Notes: a model not told the origin generated them from the sequence alone. Shown: positions 19,093 to 29,643, numbered from the stretch's first letter. The stretch: DNA of 64,000 bases from an uncultured Candidatus Binatia bacterium (GCA_965242525.1 OZ251459.1:3360001-3424000), one strand, 5' to 3'. Numbers and translations are program-made.

Positions 19093-20332
19093 AACAGAGG
19101 CTGAAACAATCAGGCCAAGATATTCCTTATATCCCTACCAGCGTCAGGTGCTGGCCGACGTTCTTCGTGCCCTATCGTTTTCCGAACGTCGTGTGCTTGC
19201 TCATCTTCCTACTGGCGCCGGGAAAACCAGAATCGCAGCCCATGCTGCTTGCCATATGCTCAACGATCACGACACAGACAAGTCTCTTGTAATTTGGTTA
19301 GCGGCCACAGAGGAACTCTGTGAGCAAGCAGCAGAGCAGCTTTCAAGGGCATGGATTTATCTGGGACGACGAGATGCCTGCATCCATCGACATTGGGGAA
19401 CAAAGTCGGCGGAACTACGGGACCTCCATTCGGGGTTTTTGGTGACAGGTCTTGCTAAACTTCGCTCCGCCGCTTTTTCAGATAACACTCTCCTTGCGCA
19501 TCTTGCACACCGCGCTGCTGCGGTCATTTTTGACGAAGCCCATCAGGCAATTGCAGCAACCTACTCCTTTATTACAGAGCAACTATGCAGTGTAAAGCCA
19601 CCTCTTCTTGGTCTTACAGCCACGCCGGGACGAACCGCGAATCTCACTGACGCAGATTATCTCCTTGCTAACATGTTCAATAATAACAAGGTTTCCATAG
19701 ACCCAAGGGGACACGGCAACCCTGTTACCTATTTGATCCAGAATCGCTACCTAGCCGATCCGCGATTTGTGTCTGTCAGATTCGATTCCGCCGCGTCGAT
19801 TATTGACCCTTTACCCGGTACAGACTACCGTACAGAAGACCTTGACGATTTGGGCCGCAGCCGCGAGCGCACGCGCAAGATTGTAGATCTCGCCGTGGCC
19901 GCAGCGGAGCATCACCCTCGTACAATCATGTTTTGCCCTTCCGTTGAGAGTGTTTTGGAATGCAACAAACTCCTTCAAGCCAGGTCGGTCAAGACGGCTG
20001 TAGTCACGGCTCACACACCAAAGGAAGAACGTCGTGAAATCATCGAGACGTTCAGAAGTAACGACAGAGAGCACATGCTAATACTTAATTATGGCGTGCT
20101 CACTGCAGGTTTCGATGCCCCTCGTACCCGCTGCGTCATCATCGCACGCCCGACCACTTCGCTGGTACTTTACTCGCAAATGGTCGGTCGAGCTATGCGT
20201 GGCCCGATGGCCGGGGGAAATTCCAAGGCCGAAATCTTTACGGTTACTGACACCAACCTTCCAGGGTTTGGTTCTGTGGTTGACGCCTTTACAAATTGGG
20301 AGGATCTATGGACGACCAACTCGCCGAATTAG
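19064..20332 (+). CDS. SF2 DEAH-box helicase (Res-III/SSL2-like)
   Basis: LYPYQ, LPTGAGKT, DEAHQ, GLTATPGR, LTAGFDAP, QMVGRAMRG. Confidence 0.9.
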   Translation: MNARVSVVSETEAETIRPRYSLYPYQRQVLADVLRALSFSERRVLAHLPTGAGKTRIAAHAACHMLNDHDTDKSLVIWLAATEELCEQAAEQLSRAWIYLGRRDACIHRHWGTKSAELRDLHSGFLVTGLAKLRSAAFSDNTLLAHLAHRAAAVIFDEAHQAIAATYSFITEQLCSVKPPLLGLTATPGRTANLTDADYLLANMFNNNKVSIDPRGHGNPVTYLIQNRYLADPRFVSVRFDSAASIIDPLPGTDYRTEDLDDLGRSRERTRKIVDLAVAAAEHHPRTIMFCPSVESVLECNKLLQARSVKTAVVTAHTPKEERREIIETFRSNDREHMLILNYGVLTAGFDAPRTRCVIIARPTTSLVLYSQMVGRAMRGPMAGGNSKAEIFTVTDTNLPGFGSVVDAFTNWEDLWTTNSPN

Positions 20333-22179
20333 AAAACGCAGACCGCAGCCTTTTTCCGAGCGACTATACAGTACAGGCTCTTCGAGACAGTCGGTATCAC
20401 AATACCGCCTATGCCATTGCTGAACTCATTGATAACTCGATAGAGGCAAATGCTGCAAGAATCGATTTTCTTTGCATGGAAGAACTACAAAGCGTAGGCC
20501 CTCAGACACGGAGACGAATCTCAGGAGTTGCCATACTGGACGACGGTGAGGGAATGGAAGTAAGGACACTCCTTGAGGCTCTTAGATTTGGGGGAGGAAC
20601 ACGACACAACTCGGATAGAGGAATCGGCAAATATGGCATGGGTCTCCCCACATCCTCGATGTCTCAATGCAAGAGAGTTGACGTATGGACTTGGCAGGAA
20701 GGGGTGGACTCAACTTGGCATTCCTATATCGATGCGGACGATATTGCTAACGGGAACCACAAGGTGCCTGTTCCTGATCGACAACAAATACCCGAGACAT
20801 GGCGAATAGCCGGAAGCGATGAAATCTATGGACATCGCACCGGTACTCTTGTCGTGTGGAGCAAGCTAGACAAGGTTCAGTGGAAAACTAGCCGTGCGAT
20901 CATCGACAATACCTCCCGCGAGGTAGGTCGTATTCATAGGCACTGGATTCATGCGGAAATGACCAAAATACGAGTCGTTTCTTTCCCTGCTAACCGGCCT
21001 ACAGAGCCAGATACGGGTCCCTCCTATATTGTAGCAAACGATCCTCTTTACTTGCTGAAGCCCACTTCTACTCCTCACCCTTGGGATGATAAAGAGATGT
21101 TTGTAGAGTGGTGTCCCCCAAGAGAATACCCGTGTCAAGTTGAGGGTCGAGAACACAGGATTTGGGTAAAATATTCTATCGTGAAACCAGAGGCATTGAG
21201 GACGGAGAGAGTTACACAAAACCCAGGCAACGAAGCCCACGGGAAACACGCTAGACACAACATCGGGGTATCTGTTGTACGAGAAGATAGGGAAATTGTT
21301 CTTGAAGATGCTTTTCTCAGAGAGGGCGGCAGTACAGACCTTCCTCAGAATCGCTGGTGGGGTTGCGAAGTACTATTCTCTCGAGGTTGCGATGAGTTGT
21401 TTGGTGTAGATCATAATAAGCAAATGGTGGCAAATTTTACGCAGGCAGCGAAAACTCTTACCCGTGACGATCGTGACCCTCATGTGATCCTAGAGGAGAT
21501 GGGGATTGATGAAGAGGACATCATTCACAGGATAGTGGGAGACATCCGAAACCAAACGCGGGCCATGATGGATGCCATTCGGCAGATGTTTGAGCAGCGT
21601 CGAAAGTCGGTTGACGATGGTGGGCGTACCAGTAGGCATAGGAACCCAGAAGATAAAGCTATAAGGATCGCTACTGACGCGGATCGGGACGCTATAGCAG
21701 CCGGTGAAGAGCAGCCGACTAAGACTGATATAGATCGTGAGCAAATTCCGCCTCAAGAACGACAGGAGCGCCTCGTAGAACAGTTCATTGAAGCCGGACA
21801 ACCCGGCCAAGACGCGGAGAAGCGCGCGAAGCTGCTGATACAGGAAGATTTGTCCTACCAGTTCAGCTCGGAACAGGGAGACGGATTTCAGATTTTCAAG
21901 GTACGTTCTTATCAAGGAATTTTGCACATCAAGCTCAACACGGAGCATCCAATCTATGACCTTCTCAAACATATTGAAAATGATCTTCCGGAGAATGGAG
22001 ATGAGGCGGATCCCAGGTTTCAGGCCAGTGTTGCGATCAGATTATTGCTATCTTCCTGGGCTCGGATGGAAGACCAGACAGAGGCACAGCAGGAACGAGC
22101 ACGTATTCAAGATACTGCCATGAACTGGGGGCGTCAAGTAGACAAGGCTATCCGCCAACTGCGTGACAGAAGCCGATGA
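20308..22179 (+). CDS. GHKL/MORC-like ATPase (HATPase_c_3 type)
   Basis: AELIDNS, DDGEGM, GIGKYGMGL and GTLV motifs. GGAGG RBS before ATG 20308. Confidence 0.85.
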   Translation: MDDQLAELENADRSLFPSDYTVQALRDSRYHNTAYAIAELIDNSIEANAARIDFLCMEELQSVGPQTRRRISGVAILDDGEGMEVRTLLEALRFGGGTRHNSDRGIGKYGMGLPTSSMSQCKRVDVWTWQEGVDSTWHSYIDADDIANGNHKVPVPDRQQIPETWRIAGSDEIYGHRTGTLVVWSKLDKVQWKTSRAIIDNTSREVGRIHRHWIHAEMTKIRVVSFPANRPTEPDTGPSYIVANDPLYLLKPTSTPHPWDDKEMFVEWCPPREYPCQVEGREHRIWVKYSIVKPEALRTERVTQNPGNEAHGKHARHNIGVSVVREDREIVLEDAFLREGGSTDLPQNRWWGCEVLFSRGCDELFGVDHNKQMVANFTQAAKTLTRDDRDPHVILEEMGIDEEDIIHRIVGDIRNQTRAMMDAIRQMFEQRRKSVDDGGRTSRHRNPEDKAIRIATDADRDAIAAGEEQPTKTDIDREQIPPQERQERLVEQFIEAGQPGQDAEKRAKLLIQEDLSYQFSSEQGDGFQIFKVRSYQGILHIKLNTEHPIYDLLKHIENDLPENGDEADPRFQASVAIRLLLSSWARMEDQTEAQQERARIQDTAMNWGRQVDKAIRQLRDRSR

Positions 22180-23033
22180 CTATGTACGGTTGGCCGGGAG
22201 ACTTGTTGGCCGGCGTTTGTTCACGTGCCCAATATTTGATTATCGCAGCGCCATACATCAAGTCCGACGCTCTTGTCAGGGTTCTAGCTGACGTTAATCC
22301 AGGAGCCTCTCTTGTCTGCATCACGAGATGGAATCCGCATGACCTCGTTACAGGTGCATCCGATGTGGAATGTCGTACCATTGTCATTAAGCGAGAAGGT
22401 TTCTTTAGACTTCATCCGTCACTCCATGCGAAATACTATCGAGCAGACAATGTGGTTTTAATTGGATCCGCTAATTTGACATCTTCCGCATTAGGCTGGA
22501 CACGTCAACCTAACCTGGAGATTCTTTGTCGTCCGGAAGATGATTTCGACGCTGACGCCTTTCAACAGTCTCTGTTCGATGGATCGAGAGAAATTGATGA
22601 TGAAGAGTTCAAATCTTGGAAATCCATTGCAGATATGACACTTCAAGGTAGGAGAAGAGTGGTTGACGAACCTCCTAGACTTGATACCTGGAGACCGGCG
22701 ACTCGCGACCCCAGACACTTGGAGTTCGCGTATCAGGGGAAAGACGATGAAATTGCTTCGTTCGACGAGCAACGAGCGGCACAGCGTGACATGCGGACTC
22801 TTCGGATTCCTCCAGGTTTGACCAGCGCGCAGGTTCGAACCTGGATCTCAGGTTGTCTTTTTGCCGCTTCCTTCACCAACACCATACTCCGGCTGCATAA
22901 TATGGAAAACTTAGATGTATCTCGTTCACTTGCAGACATCTACAAACTCAGCGTCACTGATGCACGAAGGGATATGGAAACCGTCCAAAATTGGCTTTCA
23001 TTCCTTGCTCCACAGACTTTGACTCGAACTTAA
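22176..23033 (+). CDS. Phospholipase-D-family (single HKD) nuclease-like protein
   Basis: LHAKYYRADNVVLIGSANLT fits HxKxxxxD..GSxN. ATGA-coupled to the ATPase. Confidence 0.8.
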   Translation: MTMYGWPGDLLAGVCSRAQYLIIAAPYIKSDALVRVLADVNPGASLVCITRWNPHDLVTGASDVECRTIVIKREGFFRLHPSLHAKYYRADNVVLIGSANLTSSALGWTRQPNLEILCRPEDDFDADAFQQSLFDGSREIDDEEFKSWKSIADMTLQGRRRVVDEPPRLDTWRPATRDPRHLEFAYQGKDDEIASFDEQRAAQRDMRTLRIPPGLTSAQVRTWISGCLFAASFTNTILRLHNMENLDVSRSLADIYKLSVTDARRDMETVQNWLSFLAPQTLTRT

Positions 23034-23110
23034 AATCGATCCTCTTCCGATTCTCCTCGTGCACGGTCCGCATGTCCACTCCTATCGAAGGGGCTCATAC
23101 CAAGAGATCC

Positions 23111-24007
23111 TCACAGGACCCAACCGACGGAGAAGAGCGCGCTGTACAACAGGAGCAGCTTGGCCGTGTAAGCGAGTAACGGGTTCAACGAAGGCCCCTC
23201 GGAGACGAAGATCCTGCGGAAGGCCGGCAGCGCCGCGACCAGGACCGCGGCCGCGGCCGCGGACCAGGGACGACGGCCCGAAGCGAGGTAGAGGGCGAGG
23301 GGCAGCAGGCAGGCGGCCACCACCGCGGCCACGTATTCGGCGCGGACGAAGCCGCGTCCGAAACGCACGGCCAGGGTCCGCTTGCCGGTGCGCCGGTCCT
23401 CGTCCGCGTCCCGGAGGTTGTTGACCGCGAGGATGGCCACGGACAGCAGGCCCGGCGCCAGCCCGGCCGCCGCCACCGTGGCGTTGACGCTCAGGGTCTG
23501 CACGTAATAGGTCCCGGCCACCGCCACCGGTCCGAAGAACACCAGCACGAAGAGGTCGCCGAGCCCCAGGTAGCCCAGCGGCCGCGGTCCGCCGGTGTAG
23601 AGCAGCCCCGCGGCCACGGAGGACAGGCCGATGAGGGCCGCGGGCCATCCGCCGCGCCACACGAGGTAGAGGCCGCCCAGCAGGGTGAGGGCCAGCACCG
23701 CGGCGATGCCGCGCTTCATGGTCCCGGGGGCCAAGAGCCCGGCCTGGGTGACCCGCAACGGCCCCTGGCGGGACTCGGTGTCCGCGCCCTTCTCGAAGTC
23801 GAAGAGGTCGTTGGCGAAGTTGGTGGCCACCTGGATCAGCACCGCGCAGGCCAGCGCCGCCAGCGCCGAAGGCGCGTGGAACCCGCCGTCGTCCACGGCC
23901 ATGGCGGCGCCCACCACCACCGGGGCCACCGAAGCCCAGAGGGTCTTGGGTCTCGCCGCCAGGAACCAGACCGCGGCGGGGCCCGGCGGCTGGGCGCGGG
24001 TGCTCAA
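23111..24007 (-). CDS. menA: 1,4-dihydroxy-2-naphthoate polyprenyltransferase
   Basis: ARPKTL, NFANDLFD..KGAD, NNLRD..ED..TGKRTLAVRFG; multiple hydrophobic helices. Confidence 0.92.
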   Translation of the reverse strand: MSTRAQPPGPAAVWFLAARPKTLWASVAPVVVGAAMAVDDGGFHAPSALAALACAVLIQVATNFANDLFDFEKGADTESRQGPLRVTQAGLLAPGTMKRGIAAVLALTLLGGLYLVWRGGWPAALIGLSSVAAGLLYTGGPRPLGYLGLGDLFVLVFFGPVAVAGTYYVQTLSVNATVAAAGLAPGLLSVAILAVNNLRDADEDRRTGKRTLAVRFGRGFVRAEYVAAVVAACLLPLALYLASGRRPWSAAAAAVLVAALPAFRRIFVSEGPSLNPLLAYTAKLLLLYSALFSVGWVL

Positions 24008-24035
24008 CGTTCCCCCGTGGCTTTCGCTCGCGGTC

Positions 24036-24857
24036 TCAAGGACGCCGGGGGAACTTGGAGAAGTCCGGCTTGCGCTTCTCGACGAAAGCGTTCCTGCCCT
24101 CCTGGCCCTCTTCGGTCATGTAGAAGAGCATGGTGGCGTTGCCCGCGAGCTCCTGCAGGCCGGCCTGGCCGTCGCAGTCCGCGTTGAACGCGGCCTTGAG
24201 GCAGCGGATGGCGATGGGGGAGTTGGCCAGGATCTCGCGGCACCATTGGACCGTCTCCTCCTCCAGCCGCTCGTACGGCACCACCGCGTTCACCAGGCCC
24301 ATGTCCAGGGCCTGGGCGGCGCTGTACTGGCGGCACAGGTACCAGATCTCGCGGGCCTTCTTCTGTCCCACGATGCGGGCCAGGTAGGTGGCGCCGTAGC
24401 CCCCGTCGAAGGAGCCCACCCGCGGGCCGGTCTGCCCGAAGACGGCGTTGTCCGCGGCGATGGTAAGGTCGCACATGACGTGCAGCACGTGGCCGCCGCC
24501 CACGGCGTAGCCCGCCACCATGGCGATGACCGGCATGGGGCAACTGCGCATCTGGCGCTGGAAGTCCAGCACGTTCAGCCGGTGCACGCCCGCGGCGTCC
24601 TTGTACCCGGAGTCCCCCCGCACCTTCTGGTCGCCGCCGGAGCAGAACGCCTCCCTGCCCGCGCCGGTGAGGATGACCACCCCGACGGTGTGGTCGTTGC
24701 GCGCGTCGTCCAGCGCCCGGATCATCTCTTCCACGGTCAGCGGCCGAAAGGCGTTCCGGACCTCCGGGCGGTTGATGGTGATCTTCGCGATGCCTTCGGT
24801 CTTGTGGTACAGGATGTCGGTGTACTGCCCCGCCTCGCTCCATTGGATGGTTGCCAT
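24036..24857 (-). CDS. menB: 1,4-dihydroxy-2-naphthoyl-CoA synthase
   Basis: [41 protein letters not shown]. Confidence 0.95.
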   Translation of the reverse strand: MATIQWSEAGQYTDILYHKTEGIAKITINRPEVRNAFRPLTVEEMIRALDDARNDHTVGVVILTGAGREAFCSGGDQKVRGDSGYKDAAGVHRLNVLDFQRQMRSCPMPVIAMVAGYAVGGGHVLHVMCDLTIAADNAVFGQTGPRVGSFDGGYGATYLARIVGQKKAREIWYLCRQYSAAQALDMGLVNAVVPYERLEEETVQWCREILANSPIAIRCLKAAFNADCDGQAGLQELAGNATMLFYMTEEGQEGRNAFVEKRKPDFSKFPRRP

Positions 24858-24902
24858 GCTCCAGACCTCGATGTGACGCCCCCGGCCGCTCCGGCGCCCG
24901 GT

Positions 24903-25742
24903 TCAGGCTGCGGACCCGTCGGCCGCAGTGCCCCGGCGTCCTCCAAGGGACGCCAAGTACTCGCGCAAGGTGCGAGAGTACGCCTCGGGGTTCTCGAAAT
25001 GTGTGTTGTGGCCCGCGTCCGGGACGGTCGCGAGCCTGCCCTTTTCCGACAGGCTTACCATATCCCGCATGGTTTTTCCGTAGGCCGGGTCGAGCTCCCC
25101 CACCACCGCCAGCCAAGGCGCCGGCAGTTCCGCCAGCCGCGGCCACAGGGACGGCTGGGATCCCGTGCCCATGCGGCGGAGGGACCGGGCCAGGGCGGCC
25201 GGGTCGTTGCGCCGCCGCCGCTCCATCATGGCGCCGAAGCGCGTCTCGTTCCTGCGGATGGAACGGAACAGGGACTGCCGGTACCATTCCTCCAGGAACT
25301 CGGGGAGACCCTGCCGTTCCAACCGCAGCGCCTGGGACTCGTCCCATCCCCGCCGGCGCTCGCGTTCGTCCTCGGAATCCAGCCCGGGAGACGCGGACTC
25401 CAACACCAGTCCGCGGCAACGGCCGGGGTGGTTCGAGGCGAGCCACAGGGCCAGCCGCCCGCCCATGGAATAACCCACGGGCACGCATCGCTCCACGCCC
25501 AGGCGGTCCAGCACCGCCAGCAACGCAAGGGCCGCCCGGGGCATGGGGTAGAGGCGCGCCGAGCATCCGGCGCTCAGCCCGTGTCCCGGAAGGTCCACCA
25601 GGATGCGCCGGTAGTCCGGGAACGCCTCCGCGACTTCCGCCCAGTCCCGGCCCGACCCCAGGAAGCCGTGGAGGAACAGCAGCGCCGGGTCCGTGCGGCT
25701 CCCGCGGACCTCGTAGTGCAGTCCATGGGGGTCGGCCGCCAC
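24903..25742 (-). CDS. menH: SHCHC synthase
   Basis: LHGFLGS, DLPGHG, GYSMGGR, LESASPG, GTGSQPSLW. Confidence 0.9.
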   Translation of the reverse strand: MAADPHGLHYEVRGSRTDPALLFLHGFLGSGRDWAEVAEAFPDYRRILVDLPGHGLSAGCSARLYPMPRAALALLAVLDRLGVERCVPVGYSMGGRLALWLASNHPGRCRGLVLESASPGLDSEDERERRRGWDESQALRLERQGLPEFLEEWYRQSLFRSIRRNETRFGAMMERRRRNDPAALARSLRRMGTGSQPSLWPRLAELPAPWLAVVGELDPAYGKTMRDMVSLSEKGRLATVPDAGHNTHFENPEAYSRTLREYLASLGGRRGTAADGSAA

Positions 25743-25743
25743 G

Positions 25744-27501
25744 CTAGACCCCTTCCAGCGCCGCTTGCCGCAGGCCCATGTGGAGGCCGCGGTTTTCTTC
25801 GCGCCGGGTCCGCACCTCGATGAGGGTTGCCGCGGGTCTGCGCCGGGCCTCGTCGTAGGCCGCGGTGAACTCGTCGGTGGTCGAGGGTCGGGCGTAGGCC
25901 GCGCCGAACAAGGCCGCGGCGTGCTCGAAGGTCAGGCCGTGGGGGGCCGCGAAGTAGCGCTCGAACACGTCCGGGAACCCGGCGATGGGAAGGAACGAGA
26001 AAATCCCTCCGCCGTCGTTGTTCAGGATGACCACGACCAGGGGGGTACGGAGGTCCCGGGCGAGGCTCAGGGAGTTGAGGTCGTGCAGGAACGCCACGTC
26101 CCCCACCAGGAGCGTCGTGGGCCGGCCCAGGCCCCGGGCGAACCCCGCGGCCGTGGCGATGGCCCCGTCCACGCCGCTGGCGCCCCGGTTGGCGGCCACC
26201 GCGGGGGGCTCGTCGAGCCTTGGGCAACCAAAAGCGTCCATGTCGCGGACGGGCATGCTCGACGCCAGGAACAGCCCTTCGCCCGCGCCCATGCGGCGCG
26301 ACACGAGCCACGCCACCTTGGGCTCGTTCAAGCCCCGGTCTTGGTTGAAGCATTCGGCGAAGCCGCGCCCCACGCGCTCGGACGCCTGCCGCCAACCGGC
26401 CAGCCAGTCGGCGTCGCCCGCGGCCTGCCCGACCCGCTCCTTCAGGGACTCGCAGAAGGCCGCCACCGGCAGCCGGAGCCGCTGCGTGGCCCGGTGGATG
26501 GGGTCCTGCCGGTGGGGGTGGTCGTCCACCACCACGTAGTCACCGGGGCGGACCGCCTCCAGGTGGTCCATGAGCCGTCTCGAAGTCAACCGCCCTCCCA
26601 GATGGATCACCGCCTCGATACGGCGCCGCCGCATGAAGGTCTCGGAGAAGAGCAGGGTGTCGTGGTAGGGCACGGAGTTCCCGGGCCTGCCATCCAGACG
26701 GAGACCCGAGGTCACGTCGGGCAGGAGCGGCCAGCCCAGGGACACGGCGAGGTCGGCGGCGGCCCGGCGCGCCGCGGGGTCGGCGAGGCGTCCAGCCACC
26801 AGGATGCCGCGGGGTCGGCGTCCCGCCAGCGCCGCCAGCCGGTCCAAGGCCTCCCGGCTTGGCCGGGCGGACGCGTTCTCGTAACGGGTGTAGGGGCGCT
26901 CCCCGGCGCGCCAGGCTTCCAGCGGCGCAAGGCAGGGCTCCGGGTCCTCGCCCTCGTCCGTGGGCGCCAGAGGCTCGCGGAACATGCAGTTGAGATGCAC
27001 CACGCCGCCGGACGGACCGCGGCAACGGCTCACCGCCTGGTCGACCGTGGTCAGGACCACCGAGGGATCGACGCTCCGGGAAGGACACGGCAGGGTCGCG
27101 GACCATTCCGCATAGCCGCGGAAGAACCGGACCTGGTCCATGGTCTGGTTGGCCCCGGCGTCCTGGAGCTCCGGCGGGCGGTCGCCGCTCAGGACCAGCA
27201 GCGGCGCGCGCTCCAGCGACGCCTCCACCACGGCCGGCCACACGTTGGCCAGGGCGCTGCCCGAGGTGGTGACCACCGCGGCCGGCGCGCCCGCGGCCCG
27301 GGCGTGTCCCAGTGCGTGGAAGGCCGCGCCGCGCTCGTCGTAGTGGACGACGGCGCGGGCTTGGCGGTGGCGCGCTGCCGCCACTACGAGGGGCGCACTG
27401 CGGGACCCGGGGGCTATGCAGAAGGTGTCGATGCCGTTGCGGACCAGCTCTTCGACGAGCAGCCCCGCCCACAGGTGGTTCAGGTTGGCGGCCCCGGTCA
27501 T
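25744..27501 (-). CDS. menD: SEPHCHC synthase
   Basis: PGSRSAPL, DERGAAF, DRPPEL..GANQT, ANRGASGVDG, GDVAFLHD, NNDGGGIF. ATG at 27501. Confidence 0.93.
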   Translation of the reverse strand: MTGAANLNHLWAGLLVEELVRNGIDTFCIAPGSRSAPLVVAAARHRQARAVVHYDERGAAFHALGHARAAGAPAAVVTTSGSALANVWPAVVEASLERAPLLVLSGDRPPELQDAGANQTMDQVRFFRGYAEWSATLPCPSRSVDPSVVLTTVDQAVSRCRGPSGGVVHLNCMFREPLAPTDEGEDPEPCLAPLEAWRAGERPYTRYENASARPSREALDRLAALAGRRPRGILVAGRLADPAARRAAADLAVSLGWPLLPDVTSGLRLDGRPGNSVPYHDTLLFSETFMRRRRIEAVIHLGGRLTSRRLMDHLEAVRPGDYVVVDDHPHRQDPIHRATQRLRLPVAAFCESLKERVGQAAGDADWLAGWRQASERVGRGFAECFNQDRGLNEPKVAWLVSRRMGAGEGLFLASSMPVRDMDAFGCPRLDEPPAVAANRGASGVDGAIATAAGFARGLGRPTTLLVGDVAFLHDLNSLSLARDLRTPLVVVILNNDGGGIFSFLPIAGFPDVFERYFAAPHGLTFEHAAALFGAAYARPSTTDEFTAAYDEARRRPAATLIEVRTRREENRGLHMGLRQAALEGV

Positions 27502-28847
27502 TGCGGAAGGTTCAGGGCGCGGGTGAAGTGGCCGATCTTGTAGTCGAGCTCGCGCCATTCGTCCCCGGGCGCGGACCCGGCGACGATGCCCGCGCCGGCG
27601 AAGACCGAGAGCGTCGAGCCTTCCACCAGCCCGGAGCGGATGGCCACCGCGAACTCGGCCCGGTCGCGCCCCACCCAGCCCACGGGTCCAGCGTACCAGC
27701 CCCGGTCGAAGGGCTCGGTCTCGCGGATCCGTCGGACCGCCAAGTCCGTGGGGTAGCCTCCGACGGCCGGCGTGGGGTGCAGCGCGTCCACCAGGTCGGC
27801 GTCGCCCACACCGTCCCGAAGCACGCCCCGGAACGAGGTCATGAGGTGCTGGCACTGGCGCAGTTTCACCACCGACGGGCCGGCGTCCGCGCTCAGCGAG
27901 CGGCACAGGCGCACCATGCCCTCCCGCACGCCCCGGGCCACGTAGTCCTGCTCCCGCCGCTCCTTCTCGCTGGCCATGAGGTCCCGTTCCAGTTGCCGGT
28001 CCAGGGAGACGTCGTCGTCGCGCACGCGCGTGCCCGCAATGGCCTCGCACAGAACCTGCCGTCCGTCCCGGCGGTAGAGCCGCTCGGGCGAGACCCCGAG
28101 GAAGGCGCTACCGTATGGGTCCGGGATGAAGCAGAAGCGGTAGCAACGGGCCGCCCCGGGAGACAGGGCTTCGAGACACGCCCAGGGGTCCAGCTCCCCG
28201 GTGAACCCGAAGGTGGATCTCCGGGCGAGCACGAGTTTCTCCAGAGGCCCCTCGGACAGGAGGGCGAGGGTCCCGGTCACCGCGGCCTCCCAGCCGCTCC
28301 GGTCCGGCAGGTCCCGGCGCTCCCCCGCGGCCGCAGGGACGCCCTCCGAAGCCGCGGGATGGAACGCCAGCGTGTCCACCTCTTTCAGCAGGGCGTCCTC
28401 GGCGGTCTCCGAACACAGCCACTGGCAAGCGAGCATGCTGTCCCCGCCTCGTTGGCTCAACTCGAACCGCGGCAACACGAAACTGCAGGTAGCTAAGCCG
28501 CGCCAAGCCGGAGCGCACGCCCTCCCGCGGTCGAACCGCATTCCCCCGAAATAGCGCGTCCCCGCGCCCCCGGCGTCCAAGCGCCGGCGCAACTCCTCGA
28601 ACAGCGCATGGACGCCGGCCGGGCCGGCGCACGCCGTCATGTCCGCGGCGCCGACCCCGGCCACCTCCTCGCCGCCGTCCCGGTCGGCCCAGTACGTCTT
28701 GACGGCGCGGGGGTCCTGCGCCCGCAGCCATGCCAGGGCGTCGGTGGGCGGGATCGGGGTCTCCACCCGGACGATGCCGGCCGGGCCGAGCCGGGAACAC
28801 TCCCGCTGGATCCGATCCCGCAATCTCTCCCGCAGGTTGCGTTCCAT
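27498..28847 (-). CDS. menF: Isochorismate synthase
   Basis: KLVLAR, SPERL, EAIAGT, LHPTPAVGG, RGWYAGPVGW, AGAGIV. Alternative GTG start at 28901. Confidence 0.88.
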   Translation of the reverse strand: MERNLRERLRDRIQRECSRLGPAGIVRVETPIPPTDALAWLRAQDPRAVKTYWADRDGGEEVAGVGAADMTACAGPAGVHALFEELRRRLDAGGAGTRYFGGMRFDRGRACAPAWRGLATCSFVLPRFELSQRGGDSMLACQWLCSETAEDALLKEVDTLAFHPAASEGVPAAAGERRDLPDRSGWEAAVTGTLALLSEGPLEKLVLARRSTFGFTGELDPWACLEALSPGAARCYRFCFIPDPYGSAFLGVSPERLYRRDGRQVLCEAIAGTRVRDDDVSLDRQLERDLMASEKERREQDYVARGVREGMVRLCRSLSADAGPSVVKLRQCQHLMTSFRGVLRDGVGDADLVDALHPTPAVGGYPTDLAVRRIRETEPFDRGWYAGPVGWVGRDRAEFAVAIRSGLVEGSTLSVFAGAGIVAGSAPGDEWRELDYKIGHFTRALNLPQ

Positions 28848-29072
28848 TCGGGCTTCCGTCGGCCCTTCCGTCCCTTCAGGGTCTCGTGCGGGTCGTGACA
28901 CTCTCCCCCCACGTGATGAGGCGCGCTTCCCTCCCGTTCCGACCATGCCGTTCCCGGTTCGCCATTGCGGGGAACTCCGATTCCCTCCCCACAGCCCCGC
29001 CGCATCCCCCTCCCTGTCCCTCCCCCTCAAGGGGGGAGGGGACGCCAAGCCGCAAGCCCTTGCCGCTCTTGT

Positions 29073-29093
29073 ACACGAAAGCCGGAAGAGTCC
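29073..29093 (-). repeat. Isolated end of MITE family C
   Basis: ACACGAAAGCCGGAAGAGTCC, a one-mismatch reverse complement of the family C left end. Confidence 0.65.
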
Positions 29094-29167
29094 CCAAACG
29101 CAGACGGGCGGCCGGTAGTCTCTGCGCCTACCGGCCGCCCGTCTGGCTCGGGAACCGCCCGGGAGCG

Positions 29168-29620
29168 TCAGTTCCCGGCGAGCTCCTTCCTGATGTTGTC
29201 GATGAACAGGTTGAGCATCTGGTCGGCCTTCTTGCGGATGATGGGCTGGCCGAACTCGCCGATCTTGCCGAGGATGTTGACGTCGGTCTCCACCGTCAAC
29301 TCGGTTTCCCCGGCGCTCAACTCCTTGAGCGACATGGTGGACTTTCCGCGCATGGCCCCGGCCACCCGGCGGTCTTCCGCCTCGGCCCGCAGCGCCGCGC
29401 GCCAGGCGTCCCGATCCTTCTCTTCCAGGACGATCCTGCCTTGCAGGCTCAAGGCGATGGGTCCCACCCGCACCTTCAGGGTCCCCTGGTAAGTGTCCCC
29501 GTCCACCTGCTCCACGTCCTCGACTCCGGGCAGGCATCCGGCCACCCTGGGGATGTCCATGAGGAGTTGCCACAGGGGCTCCCGTCCTGCCGGCACCGTT
29601 GCGCTCTGGCTGAATTTCAC
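29168..29620 (-). CDS. CoxG/SRPBCC-family protein
   Basis: VKFSQSATV..LMDIPRVAGCLPG..GKIGEFGQPII. GGAGG RBS before GTG. Confidence 0.85.
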   Translation of the reverse strand: MKFSQSATVPAGREPLWQLLMDIPRVAGCLPGVEDVEQVDGDTYQGTLKVRVGPIALSLQGRIVLEEKDRDAWRAALRAEAEDRRVAGAMRGKSTMSLKELSAGETELTVETDVNILGKIGEFGQPIIRKKADQMLNLFIDNIRKELAGN

Positions 29621-29643
29621 TTGGGTCCTCCCCCCTCCGACGT

